From the NCBI GenBank assembly GCA_027364705.1, contig DAHXOU010000029.1, positions 1 to 55,861 of the forward strand: a stretch of 55,861 nt of DNA, in the 5' to 3' direction. Position numbers and translations under genes: made by a program. Below the pieces are notes generated by a model. It did not search any database. It was given only the letters and a program-made list of their open reading frames with translations, and was not told the origin of the DNA. Of this stretch, positions 18,850 through 26,830 are shown one piece after another (the stretch's first letter is position 1; each line of letters opens with the position of its first letter). Source of the stretch: Nanobdellota archaeon (lineage in GTDB: Archaea; Nanobdellota; Nanobdellia; Pacearchaeales; GW2011-AR1).

Positions 18850-19924
18850 ATATATTTTTAATTCCCCTATAAGTTTAGGTAACACTTTAATAAAAAATAG
18901 AATTGCATTTCCTCCTCTTGGATGCAATTGGGCAGATCAAGGAGGTTTTGTTAACGAAAAAATAATAAATCATTATCGGGAAATTTCTCGAGGAGGAAGT
19001 GGAATGGTTATTGTAGAAGGTACTTCTGTTTCTCCAGAGGGAAATGGAACCACAAATGGAATTGGATTGTATAATGATTCTTATTTACCTGGAATAAAAT
19101 TAATTCTGTCTGAATTAAAAAAGGAAAAATGTTTTTCTTCTATTCAATTACTCCATTCGGGGGGGCAAGCAAATCCTAATTTTACAGGACATCAACCTAT
19201 CTCTCCTTCTGGAACAACTTGCAATGCTACAGGATTCCCTTCTCATGAAATGAATCTTTCAGAAATAGAAGAGATAAAAAATAAATTTGTTTATTCAGCA
19301 AAACTCGCTGCATCAGCAGGGTTTGATGCTGTGGAATTACATTTAGCTCACGGTTATTTATTACATCAATTTCTTTCCCCTTATACAAATCATAGAAACG
19401 ATAAATACGGGGGAAATTTAGAAAACAGGGCAAGACTAATTACGGATATCATCCACGAGATTAAAATTCAAAATCCTTCTTTATTATTGGGAGCAAGAAT
19501 TTCGGGAGAAGATTATATACCTTCTGGAATAAATAACGAGATGAATAAAACTCTCTTGCCTTTACTTGAAAATTCAGGTATAAATTATTTTAGCGTTACT
19601 GCTGGAATTTATGATACTTCTAAATTAAAGCATGAAGCAATGATGAGGGGAGATTTTTTTAAATATAGTAAAGAGATAAAAGAAATTGTTAATGTTCCTG
19701 TTATTGGTGTGGGAAAGATACTTGATTTACTTACTGCAGAAAAACATTTATACGAACAATCTTGCGATATTGTTGCAATTGGTCGTGGTATGTTAGCAGA
19801 TCCATATATGTTAAAAAAATTTAATCGAAAAGAAGATTATAATCGATGTTCAGAATGTAATCATTGTGCCTATCTGAGGTTTGGTAAAAAAAGTGTAACT
19901 TGTCCTGTTCGAGGATTAGAATAA
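18842..19924 (+). CDS. Old-Yellow-Enzyme-family FMN oxidoreductase ending in an Fe-S-type Cys motif
   Basis: 360 aa. ELHLAHGYLLHQFLSPYTNHRNDKYGG OYE signature. C-terminal CSECNHCAYLRFGKKSVTC (C-x2-C-x2-C-x11-C, nt 19847-19903). GGAGGG Shine-Dalgarno-like site 4-5 nt before the ATG. Confidence 0.85.
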   Translation: MSEYIFNSPISLGNTLIKNRIAFPPLGCNWADQGGFVNEKIINHYREISRGGSGMVIVEGTSVSPEGNGTTNGIGLYNDSYLPGIKLILSELKKEKCFSSIQLLHSGGQANPNFTGHQPISPSGTTCNATGFPSHEMNLSEIEEIKNKFVYSAKLAASAGFDAVELHLAHGYLLHQFLSPYTNHRNDKYGGNLENRARLITDIIHEIKIQNPSLLLGARISGEDYIPSGINNEMNKTLLPLLENSGINYFSVTAGIYDTSKLKHEAMMRGDFFKYSKEIKEIVNVPVIGVGKILDLLTAEKHLYEQSCDIVAIGRGMLADPYMLKKFNRKEDYNRCSECNHCAYLRFGKKSVTCPVRGLE

Positions 19925-19925
19925 A

Positions 19926-20888
19926 ATGTCTAAGAAGGTTTTAATTTTGGGTGGAGCGAGATTCCATGGATTTCAGTTAGCCAAAAAATTATCTTCAGAG
20001 GGAAATTTGGTTTATGTTTTAAATAGGGGAAATTTTCGAGATAAATATCCTTCTTCAATCAACTTCCTAAAAGGAGATAGAGAAGACCCTCTTTTTCTCA
20101 AAGAAATATTTTCTCGCAATTATTTTGATTGCATTTTTGATAATAATGCTTATCTCCCTCGGCAGATAGGATTAATTTCTGATTACATTAAGAATAAATG
20201 TAATCATTATATTTTTACCAGTAGCGCTTCTGTTTATCTTAAAAATTTTTCAGACCATTTATTGACTGAGAAAGAAGCTACAGGGATATCAAATGGAAAT
20301 TATAATCCTTTTTTTGAACAATATGCTTTGAATAAATTTGAATGTGAAAATAAAATTAAAAAAATAGGGGGAAAAAAATACACTATCCTTCGCACCCCAA
20401 ATGTTTTTGGTGAGGGAGACTTTTCTGGAAAACTTATTTTTTTTAATACCCGAATAGAAGACGGAGGAAATATTCTTTTAGAAAAAGAAGTGAATCAAGT
20501 CGGAATAATCTATGTTAATGATCTCGTAAATATTTTAGCTAAAACTATGAACTGTGAAAGATGTTTTGAAAAAACACTAAATATCTCCTGCCCTACTTTT
20601 ATCAATAATTTTTTCAGTGAAATATATGGGGAAAAGTGTTTAGAAAAATTAACTTTCATGTCTTCTAAAGAAATGTGGGGAAATAATTATTCTCTACCTT
20701 TTGAGTGGAATCCTCCTCTTGAAACTTCTCTCATTCAATCATTAATTGGAGAAACGAATTACACTCCTATTTCTGAGTGGGGAAAAAAAACATTAGTTTG
20801 GGAGAAAAATAATCTCGGGGATATTAAAAGACCCGAATTTTCTAATCGGGGAAAAGAATTAAACTTAATTAAAAAATACAATGGTTGA
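19926..20888 (+). CDS. NAD-dependent epimerase/dehydratase (extended SDR)
   Basis: 320 aa. Rossmann N-terminus LILGGARFHGFQLAKKL, TSSASVY, and a catalytic YALNK (YxxxK). Confidence 0.65.
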   Translation: MSKKVLILGGARFHGFQLAKKLSSEGNLVYVLNRGNFRDKYPSSINFLKGDREDPLFLKEIFSRNYFDCIFDNNAYLPRQIGLISDYIKNKCNHYIFTSSASVYLKNFSDHLLTEKEATGISNGNYNPFFEQYALNKFECENKIKKIGGKKYTILRTPNVFGEGDFSGKLIFFNTRIEDGGNILLEKEVNQVGIIYVNDLVNILAKTMNCERCFEKTLNISCPTFINNFFSEIYGEKCLEKLTFMSSKEMWGNNYSLPFEWNPPLETSLIQSLIGETNYTPISEWGKKTLVWEKNNLGDIKRPEFSNRGKELNLIKKYNG

Positions 20889-21762
20889 AAATATAATTCT
20901 AAGAACTTCTTACTCCCAAATTCCAGGGGGGAAATTAAAATCTAATTTCGGGGATTTACTTCGGGTTTCTGTTTTAACAGAATGTATTGGAAAAGATTTT
21001 TTATGGCTGACGGATAAAAGATCCATAAATCTATTAAAATATTTTATAGACAAAGAAAAAATTATTTCTATCGACGATATAGAACCAGATAAAAATTTTA
21101 ATGCAATCAACATATACAATTTAGATAATTATATTTCAACTCCCGATTTATTTAATCGTATTTCTGGGAATTGGAGAGGATACATACCAAATAAAGAAAT
21201 TTTAAAACCAGAAAATAAATTAATAGAAGCTATCTCTCCCTACAAACCGCATAGAATAAATAAAAGTTTGCAAGAATTAATTGTTGAAGGATTGGGTTTT
21301 ACATGGAAAGGACAAGATTACCCGTTTCCTAAAACAGATATAACTGAATTTGTAGATATCGGATTAAACTGGTCTATGCCTTCAGACTGGAAATCTAAAA
21401 CTTGGCCACGAGAATATTGGAACGAACTTGAAGAAATATCAAAAAAAGATTATACTATTTCTTGGCAAGAGGGATTAGATAATATTGATGATTACGTCCA
21501 TTGGTTGTCTTCTTGTAAAATAATAATCACAGGAGAAACTCTCGGACTGCATTTAGCATCTGCTTTAAGAAAAAAAGTTTTAGCTATCCTTGGACCGATG
21601 AAAAATACTGAATTTCCTTATAATCGGTTGACAAGAATCTATCCTGCTGAAAGAGATTGTATGCCTTGTGATTCTCCAATTTGTAATCAAGGAGAAAATT
21701 GTTTAAACGAAATAAAACCGCAACAAATTAAGAAGATTATCGATGGTATACTTAGTACCTAA
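20881..21762 (+). CDS. GT9-like glycosyltransferase (shorter paralogue)
   Basis: 293 aa. GDLLRVSVL N-terminal motif, ITGETLGLHLASALRKKVLAILGP, and CMPCDSPICNQGENCLNEIKP. Parallels the genes at 16038 and 36857. Confidence 0.6.
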   Translation: MVENIILRTSYSQIPGGKLKSNFGDLLRVSVLTECIGKDFLWLTDKRSINLLKYFIDKEKIISIDDIEPDKNFNAINIYNLDNYISTPDLFNRISGNWRGYIPNKEILKPENKLIEAISPYKPHRINKSLQELIVEGLGFTWKGQDYPFPKTDITEFVDIGLNWSMPSDWKSKTWPREYWNELEEISKKDYTISWQEGLDNIDDYVHWLSSCKIIITGETLGLHLASALRKKVLAILGPMKNTEFPYNRLTRIYPAERDCMPCDSPICNQGENCLNEIKPQQIKKIIDGILST

Positions 21763-21765
21763 ATA

Positions 21766-21778
21766 TTTTTAAATAAAA
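21766..21778 (+). promoter_or_regulatory. TATA-box candidate
   Basis: TTTTTAAATAAAA centred about 25 nt upstream of the ATG at 21795. Confidence 0.4.
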
Positions 21779-21794
21779 TCTTTAATATACTTTT

Positions 21795-22847
21795 ATGGGA
21801 TCTATCCATCTAGATAGCAATAAACTAGCGCTTCATCCCGAAAGAGTTTCTGAGTGGAAAAATAAGGGAGATTGTTTTCCAATTTATGTTGAAATCGGAT
21901 TGACTAATAGATGTAATCATAATTGTATTTTTTGTGGATTAGATTGGGCAAGAGGAACAAATACTTTGGAAACCTCCGTTTTATTAAATAATCTTAATGA
22001 TATGAAAAATTCTGGAATTAAATCAGTCTGTTTTTCTGGTGCAGGAGAACCTTTATTGCATAAAGATTTTTCTCTGTTGGTTAAAAAAACAAAAGAATCA
22101 GGGATTGATGTTTCATTTTCTACTAATGCTGTTTTATTCAACGAAAAAATTTGTGAAGAAACATTACCTTATGCTTCTTGGATAAGATTTAGTATTGATG
22201 CTGCTTATCCAAAAACACATTCGATAATTCACAGAACTTCAGAAAAAGATTTTCCGAAGATATTAAATAATTTAGTTAAATCTGTTGAAATTAAAAAAAA
22301 GAATAATTATGCAACAACGCTGGGTGTTCAATTTTTGTTATTAGAAGAAAATAAAACTGAGTTATTAGAATTTGTAAAATTATTCCAAAAAATCGGGGTC
22401 GATAATGTCCAACTTAAACCTTACTCTAAGAATCCTAACAGTAATAATGCACTCTTCCAAGATTATGGTTCCTATTTGGAATTTGAAAAAGATTTAACAA
22501 ATTTATCTAGTGATACTTTTCAAATTTTTTTTAGAAAAAATAGAATAAACTCCGTCTCTTCCGAACCAAGTTATGATAATTGTTTAGGATTGCCTTTTTT
22601 TACAATAATAAATGAAAAAGGAGATATTGCTCCTTGTCATCTTTATTATTCTGTTCCTGATTTTTCTTATGGAAATTTATACAAAAATAATTTTTCAGAA
22701 ATATGGGCGGGAGATAAAAGAAAAGAAATAGTAGAAGAAATATCTCGAAAAGGAATTAATCATTGTAAAAAAGGATGCCGACTAGATAGTTCTAATTCCT
22801 ATCTTCATAGATTAAAAAATCCAGAACCTCATGATAATTTTATATAA
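21795..22847 (+). CDS. Radical SAM enzyme with a twitch/SPASM-like C-terminus
   Basis: 350 aa. LTNRCNHNCIFC plus SGAGEPL. C-terminal C-x14-GDIAPC and HCKKGC. Confidence 0.8.
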   Translation: MGSIHLDSNKLALHPERVSEWKNKGDCFPIYVEIGLTNRCNHNCIFCGLDWARGTNTLETSVLLNNLNDMKNSGIKSVCFSGAGEPLLHKDFSLLVKKTKESGIDVSFSTNAVLFNEKICEETLPYASWIRFSIDAAYPKTHSIIHRTSEKDFPKILNNLVKSVEIKKKNNYATTLGVQFLLLEENKTELLEFVKLFQKIGVDNVQLKPYSKNPNSNNALFQDYGSYLEFEKDLTNLSSDTFQIFFRKNRINSVSSEPSYDNCLGLPFFTIINEKGDIAPCHLYYSVPDFSYGNLYKNNFSEIWAGDKRKEIVEEISRKGINHCKKGCRLDSSNSYLHRLKNPEPHDNFI

Positions 22848-23476
22848 TGGAAATAAAAATAACTGTTAAAGAACTTATAGAATTTGAGAATAAAATTGCT
22901 CATTTATGGGAAGATAAAAAAATACCTTATCCAATTCATCTATCTGGGGGAAATGAGAAACAATTGATAGAAATATTTGGTGAGATAAACAAGGGAGATT
23001 ATATTTTTTCTACCCATCGTTCTCATTACCATTATCTTCTAGCAGGAGGTTCTCCTGAAAAATTAGAAAAAATTATTCTCGAAGGAAATAGTATGCATGT
23101 TTTTGATAAAGAACTGAATTTTTTAACTTCTGCAATTGTATCCGGTACACCAACAATAGCTACAGGAGTTGCTTTGGCATTGAAATTAAAAAAAAGTGAA
23201 AAAAAGGTTTGGTGTTTTGTCGGAGACGGAGCAGAAGATGAAGGGCATTTTTATGAAGCAGTTAGATATGTTGATGGACATGATCTACCCTGCACATTCA
23301 TTTTAGAAGACAATGATCGTTCTGTTGAAACTCCGAGGGAAGTTAGATATGGAAAATCCCGAATTAAATGGCCTGATTGTGTAAAGATATATAATTATAA
23401 AATTACTTACCCTCATGTTGGAACAGGAAAGTGGGTAGATTTTTCTGGAACTAAAGCAGGAGGTTCTTCTTTCTAA
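22847..23476 (+). CDS. Short E1-alpha-like thiamine-diphosphate-binding subunit
   Basis: 209 aa. FVGDGAEDEGHFYEAVRYVDGHDLPCTFILEDNDRSV matches the GDG...NN-type TPP motif of 2-oxoacid dehydrogenase E1 alpha, with EDND in place of ENN. TAATG coupling at both ends. Confidence 0.7.
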   Translation: MEIKITVKELIEFENKIAHLWEDKKIPYPIHLSGGNEKQLIEIFGEINKGDYIFSTHRSHYHYLLAGGSPEKLEKIILEGNSMHVFDKELNFLTSAIVSGTPTIATGVALALKLKKSEKKVWCFVGDGAEDEGHFYEAVRYVDGHDLPCTFILEDNDRSVETPREVRYGKSRIKWPDCVKIYNYKITYPHVGTGKWVDFSGTKAGGSSF

Positions 23477-24000
23477 TGAAATATAAAGATGCAATTAAAA
23501 AATCTATGGAAATGTTAGCAGAAGAAGATAATACTCTCTTTTTGGGTTATAATATCTCTTTTGGTTCTTATGCATATGGAACATTAAAAGACATTCCTTC
23601 TTGGAAAAAAATAGAAACTCCTGTCGCAGAAAATTTAATGATGGGTTTAGCAATGGGATTGGCTCTTGAAGGGTATCGTCCGATAGTATTCTTTGAGCGA
23701 CACGATTTTATGTTAAATTCATTAGATGCAATTGTTAATCATCTCGACAAAATCCCTGAAATGTCCAAAGGACAATTTAAAATGCCCGTTATAATAAGGG
23801 CTGCAATTGGTTCCAAATTTCCTTTAAATCCTGGACCACAGCATGTTCAGGACTTTTCAAAAACATTTAGAGGAATAATAAAATTTCCGATATATGATCC
23901 ACAAAATTCCGAGGAAATTCTTTCGGTTTATCATACTATTAAAAACTCAACTAACCCTTCTATGATTATAGAAAAAAAAGAGTTGTATGAGATAGAATAA
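23476..24000 (+). CDS. Short E1-beta-like pyrimidine-binding subunit; the usual C-terminal domain is missing
   Basis: 174 aa. The AENLMMGLAMGLALEGYRPIVFF motif is typical of the E1 beta / transketolase Pyr domain. The ORF ends where the E1 beta C-terminal domain would begin. Confidence 0.7.
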   Translation: MKYKDAIKKSMEMLAEEDNTLFLGYNISFGSYAYGTLKDIPSWKKIETPVAENLMMGLAMGLALEGYRPIVFFERHDFMLNSLDAIVNHLDKIPEMSKGQFKMPVIIRAAIGSKFPLNPGPQHVQDFSKTFRGIIKFPIYDPQNSEEILSVYHTIKNSTNPSMIIEKKELYEIE

Positions 24001-24001
24001 A

Positions 24002-24880
24002 ATGAACTCCATAAAAATCCCAGAAGAATTTAACTATATATCTTCTTTTTTGACTTTTAGATGTAATCTTTCCTGCCCCTATTGTCTCAATGCTTTTGAA
24101 GATGACTTTTCAAGAAAAAGAAATGAACTTTCTGGAGAAGAATGGGTGGAAAATCTAAATAGAATTGAGACAAATGTTCCAATAACTTTTACTGGAGGAG
24201 AACCTCTTGTGCATCAAGATTTTATTAAAATAATAAAACAACTAAAACCTTCTTTGAGTATAGACATTTTAACAAATCTTTATTCCAATACCGAAAAGTA
24301 TAAGCTGACCTTAGACACTTTTGTTTCTGAAATTAATCCCTCGAGAATAAATAAAAATTCCCCTTATGCTTCTATTCGTGTTTCTTATCATCCTGATCAA
24401 ATGAATCCCGCAAAATTAATCGATGACGTCAATCTTCTGAAAAATGCTGGATTTAATGTAGGAATATGGGCTGTTTTATATCCTGGCCCGAATCAATTAT
24501 CTGCGATTAATCAAATGCAATTTCGATGTAAGGACAATGGAATTGATTTTCGATTGAAAGAATTTACAGGAAAATATAAAGATGAACTTTATGGTAATTA
24601 TTCAAAATATCCAGATTCGATATTTATGGAAAAAACAAAAGAAGTTTTATGCAGAACTCCAGAATTATTAATTTCTCCTAACGGAGATATTTACAAATGT
24701 CACAGAGATTTATACTCTCAAGAATTCTCCATCGGGAATATAACCGATAAAAATTTTCAAGCAGAATATAAATTTAGAAAATGCAATAAATATGGTCAAT
24801 GTCATCCTTGCGATGTAAAACTTAAAACAAATCACAATCAAGAATTAGGTTATACTACCGTGGATATAATTAAATCTTAA
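24002..24880 (+). CDS. Radical SAM enzyme with a SPASM-like C-terminus
   Basis: 292 aa. LTFRCNLSCPYC plus TGGEPL. C-terminal C-x10-GDIYKC and CNKYGQCHPC. Confidence 0.8.
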   Translation: MNSIKIPEEFNYISSFLTFRCNLSCPYCLNAFEDDFSRKRNELSGEEWVENLNRIETNVPITFTGGEPLVHQDFIKIIKQLKPSLSIDILTNLYSNTEKYKLTLDTFVSEINPSRINKNSPYASIRVSYHPDQMNPAKLIDDVNLLKNAGFNVGIWAVLYPGPNQLSAINQMQFRCKDNGIDFRLKEFTGKYKDELYGNYSKYPDSIFMEKTKEVLCRTPELLISPNGDIYKCHRDLYSQEFSIGNITDKNFQAEYKFRKCNKYGQCHPCDVKLKTNHNQELGYTTVDIIKS

Positions 24881-25637
24881 ATTCTTCAAACTTATAACAC
24901 TTGTATTTCTTCAAAAATTTTACAACCTCTTCAAATAATTTGAAATTGTCTAAAACTTTCATGGTAATTGGATGAATCAAAATAACACTTGGGATTTTAT
25001 TTTTTTCATTATAGATAACTCTCTTTTTCAAAATTTCAAACCATTCTTCAGCACTGATTCTTCCTTTAACACAACTTGCAAAAGGATTTTTGTTTTCTGG
25101 TTTTGTTTGACCATAAGAAATTGTATCAACATCGTCGGGAATATTCATCGTCATATGAATAAGTTCTTCTTTTTCAAAAGGTCTTTCTCCAAATAAATCT
25201 GAAACATATTTTATCTCATTATTTTTTAAAATTTTGAAAGTTTTATCATTGGATGCAAAGGCATGTGTTCTCCAGCTTTTGATATTAAGATTTATTTTTT
25301 TGAAATTATTTATTGTTTTATCAATATCTTTTTTCTGATATCTTTCAGAGCCATAAACACATCCAAATATTTTTCTGTTGATGTAACCTTTCACTGGATT
25401 CATCTTTCCAAAATTATTGTAGGTATGCCCACCAATTTCAACATTATAATTTAATAATTCTCTGACCTTTTCATATTCTTCTTCAATACATTTTCCGTTG
25501 AGAAATAGTGTGCATGAAATTTTATATTTTTTTAATATCTCCAAATATTCTTTTGAAGCATCCAATTCACTTCCAGCAATTTTTTGTTCCCAATGTCCTT
25601 GGATTTTTGAATGGACATCTCCTGTTAGATATATCAT
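24870..25637 (-). CDS. Polysaccharide-deacetylase-like (divergent CE4/NodB-type) protein
   Basis: About 255 aa from the ATG at 25637, which lies 1 nt after the upstream stop. The LTGDVH...CTLFLNG...EIGGHTYNNF layout parallels the NodB TFDDG...ATFF..G...GHxxxxH motifs but with substitutions. Confidence 0.4.
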   Translation of the reverse strand: MIYLTGDVHSKIQGHWEQKIAGSELDASKEYLEILKKYKISCTLFLNGKCIEEEYEKVRELLNYNVEIGGHTYNNFGKMNPVKGYINRKIFGCVYGSERYQKKDIDKTINNFKKINLNIKSWRTHAFASNDKTFKILKNNEIKYVSDLFGERPFEKEELIHMTMNIPDDVDTISYGQTKPENKNPFASCVKGRISAEEWFEILKKRVIYNEKNKIPSVILIHPITMKVLDNFKLFEEVVKFLKKYKCYKFEEFKI

Positions 25638-25638
25638 C

Positions 25639-26721
25639 TTAAACTCTGTTACACCCAATACATTCTTTTGGGGATTTTCTTTCTTTCAATAATCTTCTTA
25701 ATTCTTGATATTTTTCTCCGTTCCAAACTTTCCAAAAATCTTGTTCTAAAATATTTCCCAAACAAAATTCTTTTGATTCAGTAATCTTACAACAGGCAGT
25801 TACATCTCCGTTATATGTAACATAAATTCCTCTCCACGGCCAAATGCATCCCGGACTTTCATCTTCATCAAAAATTAATATAATCCCATATTTTTCTGCT
25901 AACTCTTTTGCTTCTTTCATTTTTTCTTTTAGTCTATCTGCTTCTGCAGTTACAATTTGAGATTTCATTTCTTTGTCATAACTATTAAAAAAATTCTGTT
26001 TCGTCTGAAGTGTTTGAAAAGAAACCTTATTCACTCCAAGTTTATGCCCCAATTCAACAAACTCAGGAATTTCATCGATATTATCTTTGAATATTATAGT
26101 CGCTATATTAACAATAGTTTTTTTATTTGTTTTTTTTATTCCTTCTGTAAGATTTTTAATATTATTAATTAATACATCAAAATCTGCATTAATTCTTACT
26201 TTTTCATATTTCTCTTTTTTAGTTGAATCAACAGAAATTCCTATTTCTCCGATATCTGCTTGACAGATTTTATTTATTATGTCCTCTGTTAATAAAGTTC
26301 CATTTGAACTAATGTTAACTAAAATTCCTTTCTTATTTGCATAGTTTATCATTTCAAATAACTCTTTATTCAAAAATAATTCTCCTTGTCCTGAAAGATT
26401 TATCTTAAATAAAGAATCCAGCTTGTTCAAAATTTTTTTAAAATCTTCAAATGACATTGAACCAAAAGGAACTCCCATTTTTGTCCTTACACAAAATCTA
26501 CATCCCAGGTTACATAACGAAGTTGGTTCTATCTGCGCAGTCACAGGTTTATTTTTTAAGACGAGTGGTTTTTTTGATTGTATCTTGAGAAATCGAATAA
26601 CATTTGAAATAATTTTTGCTTTTTGTTTTAATGATGTTCTTGAAAAAGATTGATTTGTTCTCGCCGCATCATAATATTTTCTAAACCGCATAGATCGATA
26701 ATTCATAATCTTATAATCCAT
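25639..26721 (-). CDS. Radical SAM / SPASM-domain enzyme
   Basis: 360 aa. PTSLCNLGCRFC plus SGQGE. C-terminal C-x12-GDVTACC and a terminal CIGCN. Confidence 0.85.
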   Translation of the reverse strand: MDYKIMNYRSMRFRKYYDAARTNQSFSRTSLKQKAKIISNVIRFLKIQSKKPLVLKNKPVTAQIEPTSLCNLGCRFCVRTKMGVPFGSMSFEDFKKILNKLDSLFKINLSGQGELFLNKELFEMINYANKKGILVNISSNGTLLTEDIINKICQADIGEIGISVDSTKKEKYEKVRINADFDVLINNIKNLTEGIKKTNKKTIVNIATIIFKDNIDEIPEFVELGHKLGVNKVSFQTLQTKQNFFNSYDKEMKSQIVTAEADRLKEKMKEAKELAEKYGIILIFDEDESPGCIWPWRGIYVTYNGDVTACCKITESKEFCLGNILEQDFWKVWNGEKYQELRRLLKERKSPKECIGCNRV

Positions 26722-26830
26722 GTTTAAGCATAAATGATTTTCTTTTTAAATTTTCTTAATGAGATTACAAATTTCATTAATCATTTTATCTTACAACAAT
26801 CTTTAAAAAGAAAATCTTTTTTTATGAACT
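26722..26830. promoter_or_regulatory. Divergent promoter region with two TATA-box candidates
   Basis: TTTTTAAATTTT (26744-26755) lies about 27 nt from the minus-strand start at 26721. TTTAAAAA (26802-26809) lies about 26 nt from the ATG at 26831. Confidence 0.45.

Noticed and set aside
21795-26721. SPASM radical SAM cluster as a RiPP (peptide natural product) locus
   Set aside because: There is no precursor-sized conserved ORF, and no protease, transporter or leader-recognition (RRE) gene. Intergenic space is 110 nt or less, and the context is entirely carbohydrate-related.
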